Source: an uncultured Chloroflexia bacterium
Lineage (GTDB): Bacteria; Chloroflexota; Limnocylindria; Limnocylindrales; CSP1-4
DNA length: 64,000 bases
Direction: 5' to 3'
Assembly (NCBI GenBank): GCA_963748625.1
Contig: CAVVJT010000007.1
Coordinates: forward strand, 768,001 to 832,000
The position numbers were made by a program, and so were the translations under genes. Below, in pieces: positions 63,178 through 64,000 of this stretch. A model generated the notes under the pieces. It was not told the origin of the DNA and made no database searches. It saw only the letters and a program-made list of their open reading frames with translations. Position 1 is the stretch's first letter. Each line of letters opens with the position of its first letter.

Positions 63178-63394
63178 CGAGCGTCCGCCGGGTATCGTCA
63201 GCCCATGGCTCGATGACCGTCGTGTGCCATCGCACGGTGCTGTCGGGCGCGTGCGCCGAGCGATGCACAGCCACGTCAAGAGCGGCAGAAACGACCGCAG
63301 ATCGAGTCGCGCCCCGGAGATGCGCCCGCGACGCTCGCGGCTTACGCTGCCTTTGTGCTGTGTGGCACTGGGGTGCGGAGGGAGGCAAGGACAG

Positions 63395-64000
63395 ATGTTT
63401 CGGACGCGTCTCACGGAACTCGTCGGATGCACACTGCCCATCCAGCAGGCTCCGATGGGCACGGTCTCCTCGCCGCGGCTCGCGGTCGCCGTCGCCGAGG
63501 CCGGCGGCATCGGCTCGATCAACACCCTCGCGATGTCGCGGGAGACCCTTCGGCGACGCCTGGACGAGATGCGTGAGCAGACCGATGGTGTGCTCGCGGT
63601 CAGCTTCCTCACCAACGACATTGATATCGACGCCGTCGCGGATGGCGCAGCGCGCGCGCGAATCATCGACTTCTTCTGGAGCGATCCTCGGCCTGATCTC
63701 GTCGACATCGCCCACCGGGGTGGAGCGCTGGTCAACTGGCAGGTCGGATCGAGGGAGGAGGCGCTCGCGGCGGTTCGAGCCGGCGCCGACATCGTCTGCG
63801 TTCAGGGTGTCGAGGCCGGCGGGCACTGCCGCGGCGACAGCCCGCTGCTGCCGCTGCTCTGCGAAGTGCTGGACGCCGTCGATGTGCCCGTCCTTGCCGC
63901 GGGCGGTATCGCCGATGCCCGCGGCGTCGCTGCCGCTATCGCTGTGGGGGCATCGGGTGTGCGGATGGGCACTCAATTCATTGCCACGGAAGAATCAGCA
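63395..64000 (+). CDS. Nitronate monooxygenase family flavoprotein (runs off the window end)
   Basis: Translated by eye: MFRTRLTELVGCTLPIQQAPMG...AVAEAGGIG...QGVEAGGH...AAGGIAD...GVRMGTQF. Confidence 0.9.
   Translation, partial: MFRTRLTELVGCTLPIQQAPMGTVSSPRLAVAVAEAGGIGSINTLAMSRETLRRRLDEMREQTDGVLAVSFLTNDIDIDAVADGAARARIIDFFWSDPRPDLVDIAHRGGALVNWQVGSREEALAAVRAGADIVCVQGVEAGGHCRGDSPLLPLLCEVLDAVDVPVLAAGGIADARGVAAAIAVGASGVRMGTQFIATEESA

Overview
Very GC-rich bacterial chromosome segment. The gene repertoire, ECF/anti-sigma style and frequent leaderless starts suggest a Chloroflexota- or Actinomycetota-like organism (inference only). Region 1-20 kb holds housekeeping and envelope genes: 5'-nucleotidase, GH73 glucosaminidase, GuaB1, MprF-like, UvrA2/DrrC-like, TetR-controlled F420 oxidoreductase, SDR and a DSD1 PLP enzyme. 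Region 19.6-31.2 kb is a tungsten/molybdopterin cluster (moeA, moaD, two aldehyde:ferredoxin oxidoreductases, tupABC) interleaved with two VapBC pairs. Region 31-54.7 kb is mixed accessory genes, several frameshifted or fragmentary. Region 54.8-64 kb looks like an integration hotspot. It has three same-orientation relics of a tRNA-Pro-like 3' end; read on the + strand each begins an orphan '(G)RGE(R)...' protein tail, as expected when a recombinase gene is split at its att site. It also has stacked toxin-antitoxin modules and a cassette-like array in which single cargo genes alternate with 3' copies of a small LuxR-type HTH gene, which is the most interesting signal in the window. A 454-bp poly-A/AT-only tract at 60020-60473 and many single-base frameshifts suggest noisy long-read consensus, so pseudogene calls need read-level checking.
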